This document shows, piece after piece, positions 56,882 to 64,000 of a stretch of DNA of 64,000 bases (positions are counted from its first letter, which is position 1; every line of letters begins with the position of its first letter). This stretch comes from an uncultured archaeon (lineage in GTDB: Archaea > Thermoproteota > Nitrososphaeria > Nitrososphaerales > Gagatemarchaeaceae): positions 800,001 to 864,000 of the forward strand of contig CAWFOU010000007.1 of assembly GCA_963817525.1 (NCBI GenBank), written 5' to 3'. The position numbers were made by a program, and so were the translations under genes. The notes under the pieces are model-generated. The model was not told the origin of the DNA. It saw nothing but the letters and a program-made list of their open reading frames with translations, and did no database searches.

Positions 56882-59218
56882 GTGACCAACTTCCTCTTCG
56901 TCTCGATCGAGGCGCTCTCGACCGACCTAGCATGGCAGCTGACCAAGGCGGGCCACTCTGTAAAATTCTTCACGAAGAGCCAGGGCGAAAAGGACGTCGG
57001 AGACGGCTTCGTCGAGAAGGCAGACGCCTGGGAGCCTCTCAAGGACTGGGCCGAGGTCATTGTCTTTGACGACATCGGGTTCGGCGAACTGGCGCAGAGG
57101 CTAAGGGCCGAGGGAAAGGCGGTGGTCGGAGGCTCGGTCTACACGGACCGGTTGGAGAACGATAGGGAGTTCGGTCAAACAGAGCTGAGCGGCGCTGGGG
57201 TCAATACGCTGTCCAGCTGGAACTTCACGTCTTTTGACGAGGCGGTCGAGTTCGTGGAGAAGAACCCTGACAGGTATGTGATCAAGCCCAGCGGGAACGC
57301 GCAAAACGAGAAGGAGCTCCTCTACGTCGGGCAGGAGGAGGACGGCAAAGACGTGGAGCAGGTCCTGGTCCACTACAAGATGAAGTGGTCAAACAAGATC
57401 AAGGTCTTTCAGATCCAAAGATACGAGACCGGGGTAGAGGTGGGAATCGGGGCGTTCTTCAACGGCTATGACTTCGTCTACCCGATCAACATCAACTTCG
57501 AGCACAAGCGGCTCTTCCCAAAGAACATCGGGCCTTCCACTGGCGAGATGGGGTCGAGCATGTACTGGACGAAGAGCAGCCCGCTCTTCGAGAGTACCCT
57601 CCTGAAGGCGAAGGAGAGGCTCGCGGAATCGAGATACGTGGGGTACATCGACCTTAACTGCATCGCGAACGCTAGAGGCATTTTCCCGCTCGAATGGACC
57701 TGCTTCGATCTCGAGACTGAGATTCTGACTGGTGAAGGATGGAAGGGTTACGCAGACGTGAGCGTCGGTGATGAGGCTCTATCGATTAACCCTGAGACCA
57801 AGGAGCTGGCTTGGAAAACCGTGACTGGAAAGATTGTAAAGAATCACAAGGGTCGTATGATTCGAATCGGAGCGAAATCAAAATCGCACACTGCTCTCGA
57901 CGCTCTCGTGACGCCCGACCACAACCTTCTGATCGAGTATTCAGGGCGAATCAAATTCGCGAGGGCCGATGCTATCCCAATCCACGAAACCAAGGTCGTC
58001 CGAACAGGCTTATTCAAGGGAAAGACGATCGAGTCAATCGAAGTACCGGAATATGTGGAAACGCACTATCTAGGTAGGCACAAGACTGCCATGCAGATAC
58101 TTCACCCAGCAATAAAGGTAGAAGCGCACCATTTCATGTCATTCTTGGGCCTGTACCTCGCCGAAGGCTCAATGGGCGACCACATCCTATCCATATCCCA
58201 GAGTCCGGCAAATGCCAAGAGGGCGCAGATTCAGAAGGTCCTTGATTCCACCGGACTCAAGTATACCGTACAGAAGAACGGAGCGTATCAGTTTAGCTCC
58301 AAGCAATTGTGCAAGTTCTTCGAGAAGCTAGGCCTATCGCACGTCCTTGCGGGTCGAAAGTTCCTGCCAAAAGAATTCAAAGAACTTTCGCCCGACCTGC
58401 TCGAATCATTCCTCCACGGTTACGCACTGGGCGACGGGAACAGGCACACGACCAGGGGGAACCAGCTCACGTTCGGGACCAGTTCGAAGAGGCTCGCAGA
58501 TGACGTCCAGGAGTTGCTTATCAAATGCGGGAAGGTCGCCAACATCCGAGTCCAAAAGCTGAAGGGCACGACTTCGATTGGCGGATACACGAGGAACGAG
58601 GACATGTACGTCGTTTCTGTTCGGGAAAAGAAGATGGACTACTCTCTTGACAAGAGGGCGATATCGGAGGAGAGCTACGAAGGACTCGTATGGGATGTGG
58701 AAGTAGACGGATGGCATACGATGCTCGTAAGGAGAAGGGGCAAGCCTTTCTTTTCCGGAAACTGTCGCTTTGGCTACCCCACAATCAGCATCCAGATGGA
58801 GGGCGTGACGAGCGAGTGGGGCGCCTTCTTAGGCGACATCGCCCAGGGGAAGGACGCCCAGCTCAAGACGAAGAAGGGCTACCAGGTCGGAGTGGTGGTG
58901 GCCATCCCTCCGTTCCCCTTCGAGGACGACAAGGCGTTCAGGAAGTACTCGGAGGACGCCACGATTCTCTTCAGGAAGCCCAACCTTAACGGTGTCCACA
59001 TAGGCGAAGTCAAGCTCGTCGAGGGCGACTGGCACGTGGCCGGCAGGTCAGGGTATGCGCTCGTCATCACGGGCTCAGGGCCCTCCATGCTGGACGCCAT
59101 CAACTCCGCGTACCAAGCCGTGAAGAACGTCATGATCCCGAACATGTTCTACCGCGACGACATCGGGCAGCGCTGGTTCAGGGACGTGGACCTGCTGCTG
59201 AGTTGGGGCTACCTCTAA
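56882..59218 (+). CDS. purD: PurD-like phosphoribosylamine-glycine ligase (ATP-grasp), intein-containing
   Basis: LENDR.F, VIKP, EHKRLF..NIGPSTGEMG, LEWT^CRFGYP; about 424 aa extein. Confidence 0.8.
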   Translation: MTNFLFVSIEALSTDLAWQLTKAGHSVKFFTKSQGEKDVGDGFVEKADAWEPLKDWAEVIVFDDIGFGELAQRLRAEGKAVVGGSVYTDRLENDREFGQTELSGAGVNTLSSWNFTSFDEAVEFVEKNPDRYVIKPSGNAQNEKELLYVGQEEDGKDVEQVLVHYKMKWSNKIKVFQIQRYETGVEVGIGAFFNGYDFVYPININFEHKRLFPKNIGPSTGEMGSSMYWTKSSPLFESTLLKAKERLAESRYVGYIDLNCIANARGIFPLEWTCFDLETEILTGEGWKGYADVSVGDEALSINPETKELAWKTVTGKIVKNHKGRMIRIGAKSKSHTALDALVTPDHNLLIEYSGRIKFARADAIPIHETKVVRTGLFKGKTIESIEVPEYVETHYLGRHKTAMQILHPAIKVEAHHFMSFLGLYLAEGSMGDHILSISQSPANAKRAQIQKVLDSTGLKYTVQKNGAYQFSSKQLCKFFEKLGLSHVLAGRKFLPKEFKELSPDLLESFLHGYALGDGNRHTTRGNQLTFGTSSKRLADDVQELLIKCGKVANIRVQKLKGTTSIGGYTRNEDMYVVSVREKKMDYSLDKRAISEESYEGLVWDVEVDGWHTMLVRRRGKPFFSGNCRFGYPTISIQMEGVTSEWGAFLGDIAQGKDAQLKTKKGYQVGVVVAIPPFPFEDDKAFRKYSEDATILFRKPNLNGVHIGEVKLVEGDWHVAGRSGYALVITGSGPSMLDAINSAYQAVKNVMIPNMFYRDDIGQRWFRDVDLLLSWGYL
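57701..58762 (+). mobile_element. intein (354 aa) with LAGLIDADG endonuclease
   Basis: block A CFDLETEILT, block B VTPDH, LGLYLAEGS, FLHGYALGDG, block F VWDVEV, terminal GN followed by Cys+1; lower GC. Confidence 0.95.
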
Positions 59219-59297
59219 CCCCAGATTGGACGTCTGGACCTACCATACCGAGGGTTAATACGGGACTGGGGCCTCCCTAACCCAAGAGTAGATTCCA

Positions 59298-59507
59298 GTG
59301 GGAAGCGACTACCTGTGGAAGTCCGACGGCCAGCTAAACCGGGTCGCACAGGTCCGCTACGCGCGCGGCGGCGAGCTGGAGGGGATACCGGGGGTCACGG
59401 GGGTCGGAATAGGCAAGGACCACATCATAGTATACGTGTCCAGCGAGTCCGTCGTGGTGCCTGCCCAAATCGACGAAGTGCCGATAATTAAGATTCGTAG
59501 GTCATAG
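59298..59507 (+). CDS. small hypothetical protein
   Basis: 69 aa, PGVTGVGIG...IIVYV...PAQIDEVPI. Confidence 0.55.
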   Translation: MGSDYLWKSDGQLNRVAQVRYARGGELEGIPGVTGVGIGKDHIIVYVSSESVVVPAQIDEVPIIKIRRS

Positions 59508-59584
59508 AAGGCACAGCTACGTTTAATTAGGAATGGCGAGCCCCGAGGCTCCACTGAGGAACTTGCAGTAGTGGGTGAATATGG

Positions 59585-59953
59585 ATGAGTTATGGAAATC
59601 GAAGTGGAGGAAGGGGCGGATACGGCAGTAGCAGAGGCGGAGGCTACGGCGGATCCGGCGGAAGAAGCAGCAGCAGCAGCGGCGGCTTCGGCAGTTCCTT
59701 CAGACCAAAGCCGGTTGAGGTCGGTAAGGAGTACGACGTTACTATCTCCGACACCAGCAGGCGAGGTGAAGGCATTGCGAAGATCGACGGCTTCGTCATC
59801 TTTGTCGCAGGCGCGAAGCAGGGCCAGAGCGCAAAGATCAAGATCACCCGAGTCACTGACCGCTTCGCGACCGGTGAGGTCGTGACAGGGTCGGCCGCGG
59901 GTGGGACAGAAGCAGCTTCCGAGACAGCAGGCGAAGAGCAGCCCGAAGCGTAA
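59585..59953 (+). CDS. TRAM-domain RNA chaperone with G/S/R-rich N-terminus
   Basis: KPVEVGKEYDVTI...RRGEGIAKIDGFVIFV. Confidence 0.92.
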   Translation: MSYGNRSGGRGGYGSSRGGGYGGSGGRSSSSSGGFGSSFRPKPVEVGKEYDVTISDTSRRGEGIAKIDGFVIFVAGAKQGQSAKIKITRVTDRFATGEVVTGSAAGGTEAASETAGEEQPEA

Positions 59954-60234
59954 GAGCTAGGCTCTCCAAACCCATCCTGGTTGCCCATCCGGGCGCCAGG
60001 TGCCACTTTTTGTTATCCGATTTGCAGAAGTTCCACTCGCGTTTCCGTACTGAGCATCCCCTCTCCGCGACGGCACTGGAAGGCCTTAAGTGCGACATTC
60101 GAAGGGCGGGATTCATCTCCACGAAGTGATTCCCCTGTGCTGCACTCCTCCGTAGACCCTCAAGATTTTGGCCTCCCCGGGCCCCGTAGCAGCCCTGCCC
60201 GCCTCACGCTCCTCCCCGAGTCGGCGGTGGCTCG

Positions 60235-60963
60235 ATGCTGGTGACGACCGAGGCTGAGCAGACGGCGATTATCTTCGACTCTGTGACCAAGGCCTACACG
60301 ACAAAGGCCGAGTCCGTGAAGGCCCTCGACGCCATCTCCTTCCAGGTGGAGAAGGGCGGGATCGTCGCCGTGGTGGGCCCTTCGGGGAGCGGCAAGACGA
60401 CCCTCCTCAACATGGCCTCCGCGCTGGACTTTCCCACCCAGGGGACTGTGAAGGTTGCGGGCCAGGTGACGTCGGCCCTGGGGAAGGACGACCTGCAGAA
60501 GTTCAGGAACGAGACGGTCGGCGTCGTCTTCCAGCAGTTCTTCCTGATCGGCCACATGACGGTGTTCCAGAACGTGATGATCCCGCTCATCCCGAGGCAC
60601 ATCTCGTCAGCCGACAAGACGAAGATGATCCTCGACTCGATCGCCGACGTAGGCCTCGCCGACAAGGCGGGTCGGCTCCCCTCAGAGCTATCGGGGGGAG
60701 AGCTCCAGCGCGCCGCAATAGCGCGAGGGATGGTCGGCGGGGCCCCCGTGATCCTCGCCGACGAGCCCACTGGGAACCTCGACCACAAGAAGGGCACCGA
60801 GGTGATGGACATCCTTGTGGAGGAGAGCCGCGAGAGGGGCAAGACCGTGCTCATCGCGACTCACGACCTCCGGCTTCTGGACCGGGTGGACGGGATCGTA
60901 TATCTGGAGGACGGGGAGATAACCAAGGTCGAGGGGAGGCGAGTCCAAAAGAATGGCCCGTAG
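60235..60963 (+). CDS. ABC ATPase, LolD/MacB/FtsE type
   Basis: GPSGSGKT, LSGGELQR, ADEPTGNLD, ATHD. Confidence 0.92.
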   Translation: MLVTTEAEQTAIIFDSVTKAYTTKAESVKALDAISFQVEKGGIVAVVGPSGSGKTTLLNMASALDFPTQGTVKVAGQVTSALGKDDLQKFRNETVGVVFQQFFLIGHMTVFQNVMIPLIPRHISSADKTKMILDSIADVGLADKAGRLPSELSGGELQRAAIARGMVGGAPVILADEPTGNLDHKKGTEVMDILVEESRERGKTVLIATHDLRLLDRVDGIVYLEDGEITKVEGRRVQKNGP

Positions 60964-61471
60964 ACGCAGGCCGCTCCGCGGCGTCTCACTGGTCTTCGCG
61001 GGGTTCGTCACGATCGTGGTGCTCTCCCAGCTCTCCGCGCACTTCTTCGCCGCGGCCATCCCGAAGCACCTCCTGGCCAAGGAGGCGGCCGTGGTCTCGG
61101 GCGTCCAGCAGACCTCGACGGAGCTCGCCCTTGCCGCCGCAGCCCTGGGGCTCGTCTTCGCGGGCGCTGTCCTCCTCATCACGAGGCCGATGATCGCTGC
61201 GGACATCGACGTCTACAGGGCGGCGGGCCTCCCGTCCTCCTCCGCCTTCTTCCGCGTGCTCAGGTCTCACTCTGCGGGGCCGTTGGCCTGGGTCGCAGGC
61301 GCCGCCGCCGTGACCGCCCTGGTCGATGTCGAGTTCGGCCTCGACGCGTACTATCCCCTCGGCCTCGCGGTCTGCTTCGCCGCCCTCCTGATCGCCTGGC
61401 TGGCCATGCTAACTTCCACGTCGTTTTCACAGAGGGGGTTCGGACGCGGGTCGGGAGGTAAGGCGGGTTGA
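60953..61471 (+). CDS. membrane protein, putative ABC permease
   Basis: four TM helices, DIDVYRAAG (FtsX-like), overlaps ATPase stop. Confidence 0.6.
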   Translation: MARRRRPLRGVSLVFAGFVTIVVLSQLSAHFFAAAIPKHLLAKEAAVVSGVQQTSTELALAAAALGLVFAGAVLLITRPMIAADIDVYRAAGLPSSSAFFRVLRSHSAGPLAWVAGAAAVTALVDVEFGLDAYYPLGLAVCFAALLIAWLAMLTSTSFSQRGFGRGSGGKAG

Positions 61472-62016
61472 AGTCGGTGTCGACCAAGGTCCAGAGCCTC
61501 CTGACGATCGAGCTCGAGTCCCACGCACCAACCGTGATAGTGAGCTGCGTCGCCATGGCCTTCGCCGGCTACCTCGCGACCTTCTTCGAGAGCGCCTCGT
61601 GGGTGGCCGCCGAGGCCGCAGGGACCACCTCGCCCTCGTTCGCGCCGTCGGCGATCCTCGTCGTGATGGCCACGCTGCCGTCCATCTTCGCCGTCCTTGG
61701 GGTCTACGCCTTGCTGGACGCCAACGAGGAGGCGCTGAGATACGAGGTCGGCGTGTTCACCAGCCAGGGGATAGACGGCGACACCGTGGTCGACGTCTGG
61801 TCTGCCCTTTACGGCTGGCTTCCCATAACCGCCTATTTCCTGGGTCTGCTGGCGTACCTCTTCTTCACTCCGGGGGTGATAGCCAACCTCCAGAACGGCC
61901 TGCCCGACATCATCAGCGGCCTCTTCTTCATCACCGGGTTCGCCACCCTCGTCATGATCCCCTACAAGCTCAACGGCGTCCTGAAGACCTCGCCGTACAC
62001 CGTTGTCAGGTCCTAG
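61468..62016 (+). CDS. membrane protein, putative FtsX-like permease
   Basis: four TM helices, RYEVGVFTSQG, C-terminal SPYTVVR. Confidence 0.6.
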   Translation: MKSVSTKVQSLLTIELESHAPTVIVSCVAMAFAGYLATFFESASWVAAEAAGTTSPSFAPSAILVVMATLPSIFAVLGVYALLDANEEALRYEVGVFTSQGIDGDTVVDVWSALYGWLPITAYFLGLLAYLFFTPGVIANLQNGLPDIISGLFFITGFATLVMIPYKLNGVLKTSPYTVVRS

Positions 62017-62118
62017 CCGGCGGGCCTTTTCACGACGTTTTCATTCATCAATTCCTTATATAGGGCGTCTGCGGCTTTCCTAATAGGACCAAGGTAAATC
62101 CTAGACACGTGATTTGGT

Positions 62119-63063
62119 ATATCAAGCGCTTACGCGAGAGACCCTGGAAGACAGAGACGCTTTGAGAGTGCATCGGATAGGTGCCCTCGATGCGGCAAGA
62201 CCACGATGGTGACGGACAACCCGAGAGGGGAAGTCTACTGCACCAGTTGCGGCTTCGTGGTCAAGGAGAACGTGATAGAGACCGGCCCCGAATGGCGGTC
62301 GTTCTCGAACGAGGAGAAGGACGAGAGGAGCAGGACGGGCCTTCCCACCTCGGTTGCGATACACGACATGGGCCTCGCGACCATCATCGGCGGCGAGAAC
62401 AAGGACGCGGCAGGAAGGTCGCTCTCTGGCGCCATGAAGTCGAGCGTCGAGCGGATGAGGACCTGGGACAGGAGGAGCCAGGTACACGAGTCCCAGGACA
62501 GGAACCTGAAGCAGGCGTTTAGCGAGCTGCGCAGGCTCTCCGAGAAGCTCTCCGTCTCCGAGGCGGTTACCGAGAGAGCGGCCTACATCTACAGGAAGGC
62601 CCTCGAGAGGAACCTCGTCAGGGGCAGGTCGATCACCGCGATTTTAGCCGCGTCGCTCTACGCAGCGTGCAGGGACAGGGAAGTGCCAAGGACGCTGAAG
62701 GACGTCGCGGCCGTGGGCTTCATCAAGAAGAAGGACCTTGCGAGGTCCTACAGGCTGCTACTCAAGGAGATGGACATCCAGATGCCGGTCGTCGACCCCA
62801 TGAAGTGCATGTCGAAGATCGCCTCCAGGGCGAACGTCAGCGGCAAGACCCAGAGGAGGGCAAGGGAGATCCTCCTGAGGGCTGAGCAGGCGCGCATCTC
62901 CGCCGGCAAGGACCCGATGGGGATTTCCGCCTCGGCGCTCTACGTCGCATGCATCCTCGAGGGGGAGAACATGACCCAGAGGGACATCGCGGACGCCGCT
63001 GGGGTCACCGAAGTCACGATCAGGAACCGCTACAAGGGCCTCAGGCTCGCGCTCGGAATCTAG
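62119..63063 (+). CDS. tfb: transcription initiation factor IIB
   Basis: CPRC...CTSC zinc ribbon, GPEWRSF, RGRSI, PRTL, GKDP, TQ..IA..AGVTEVTIRNRY; start uncertain (first ATG at 62206 is inside the ribbon). Confidence 0.93.
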   Translation: MSSAYARDPGRQRRFESASDRCPRCGKTTMVTDNPRGEVYCTSCGFVVKENVIETGPEWRSFSNEEKDERSRTGLPTSVAIHDMGLATIIGGENKDAAGRSLSGAMKSSVERMRTWDRRSQVHESQDRNLKQAFSELRRLSEKLSVSEAVTERAAYIYRKALERNLVRGRSITAILAASLYAACRDREVPRTLKDVAAVGFIKKKDLARSYRLLLKEMDIQMPVVDPMKCMSKIASRANVSGKTQRRAREILLRAEQARISAGKDPMGISASALYVACILEGENMTQRDIADAAGVTEVTIRNRYKGLRLALGI

Positions 63064-63079
63064 CCGACGAGCGCCTTCC

Positions 63080-63643
63080 CTAGCTGCGGATGATGCCGGA
63101 CAGTATCCTCTCCGTCAGCCCCCAGATGACGAGGCTGCGGTGGACTATGGCAGTGAACGGGATCTGCCCCCCGCTCCTTGGGATGAGGTAGGAAGGGCGG
63201 GACGCCTCCCCGGCCAGCTCCGAAAGCGACGCCCACTCATAGGCGGCGACCTCCTTGTTCGGCTTCACCTCGGAGGACCCCACGAGCTTGAAGACCGAGG
63301 GGACGACCATGACGTCCTTCGTGTGCGCCTTGAACTCCCGCATGTATCCCAGAAAGAACGCCGCCCCGCCCGAGAGGTCGACACCGACCTCCTCCATGGC
63401 CTCCCTCCTCGCTGTCTCCTTGAAGGTCTTGTCCGATGAGCTCACCATCCCGCCCGGGAACGCGGCCTGTCCGGACCACGGGTCGTCCTTCCTCTCCGCC
63501 CTCCTGATGAGGAGGACCTCCGGGCTCGCCTGCGCGTTCCGGAGTATCACGGCGACGCTCGCGCTCTTCTTGGGGGCAAGGCGAGAGCGGGTCTCCGGAG
63601 AGAGCTTGGTCGCCAACGAGTCGAGGATGCTGGGGGTCGCCAA
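63080..63643 (-). CDS. Nudix hydrolase (CoA pyrophosphatase-like)
   Basis: DPWSGQAAFPGG, TARREAMEEVG, IWGLT. Confidence 0.9.
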   Translation of the reverse strand: MATPSILDSLATKLSPETRSRLAPKKSASVAVILRNAQASPEVLLIRRAERKDDPWSGQAAFPGGMVSSSDKTFKETARREAMEEVGVDLSGGAAFFLGYMREFKAHTKDVMVVPSVFKLVGSSEVKPNKEVAAYEWASLSELAGEASRPSYLIPRSGGQIPFTAIVHRSLVIWGLTERILSGIIRS

Positions 63644-63699
63644 GTCAACACAATCTCCCGGGAATATTAAAATACGCTTTTCGATTCAATGCAGAGGAT

Positions 63700-64000
63700 T
63701 TGTCCGATTCTGAACTTGATAAAATTCTTGCAGATAAGGCTAAGCGATTGGTTTCCGAGAGTTCCGCGCACGGCCACGTCGTCGAGCTGACCGCGACCAA
63801 CTTCGACAAACTTGTCAACGGCCCGAAGCCGACCTTCGTCGACTTTTGGGCGGTGTGGTGCGGCCCGTGCAGGACGATGGAGCCCGTGGTCGAGCGCCTC
63901 GCGGCCAAGTTCGGGGGGTCTGTGAACTTCGCGAAGCTCAACGTCGACGAGCACCCCAGCATCGCGACCAGGTACGAGGTCCAGTCCATCCCCACCTTCA
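63700..64000 (+). CDS. trxA: thioredoxin (3'-truncated by window edge)
   Basis: VDFWAVWCGPC, KLNVDE, VQSIPT. Confidence 0.93.
   Translation, partial: MSDSELDKILADKAKRLVSESSAHGHVVELTATNFDKLVNGPKPTFVDFWAVWCGPCRTMEPVVERLAAKFGGSVNFAKLNVDEHPSIATRYEVQSIPTF

Noticed and set aside
387-63995. Numerous long alternative-frame and antisense ORFs in the ORF track (for example 26960-28651, 10047-10949, 35153-36250)
   Set aside because: Shadows of GC3-rich real genes; R/G/P-rich or V/L/D/E antisense patterns with no family motifs
1-64000. CRISPR array, transposase or provirus
   Set aside because: No regularly spaced repeats, and no cas, transposase, integrase or capsid-like ORFs seen

Overview
High-GC archaeal chromosomal segment. 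It is most likely Nitrososphaerota/Thaumarchaeota, possibly an acid-soil non-ammonia-oxidising lineage; this is inferred from the 5S rRNA, intron-rich tRNAs, gene content and ATPase order. Housekeeping content: A/V-type ATP synthase (F-A-B-D-orf-H-I), class II ribonucleotide reductase next to an HTH/ATP-cone/NrdD-like protein, a stand-alone 5S rRNA, SRP RNA, map-coaD-trpS-pheS-pheT, dnaG-pelota, TtuA/NcsA, Fe/thiamine-type and oligopeptide ABC transporters, a his operon, a PurD-like ligase, TFB and thioredoxin. All four tRNA genes (Pro-UGG, Trp-CCA, Ser-GCU, Val-UAC) carry introns, six in total, four at non-canonical positions. The most striking signal is a set of low-GC homing-endonuclease elements that appear to invade conserved genes without breaking them. 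(1) An HNH gene sits inside the former 3' end of nrdJ and supplies a recoded replacement C-terminus; the original 10 codons are stranded on its far side. (2) A LAGLIDADG gene sits inside the former 5' end of tRNA-Pro and supplies a new promoter and an intron-bearing 5' exon; the original 15-17 nt are stranded on its far side. (3) A frameshifted LAGLIDADG gene abuts the intron-containing tRNA-Ser. (4) A LAGLIDADG intein interrupts the active-site motif of the PurD-like gene. All calls are by eye; no database searches were run.
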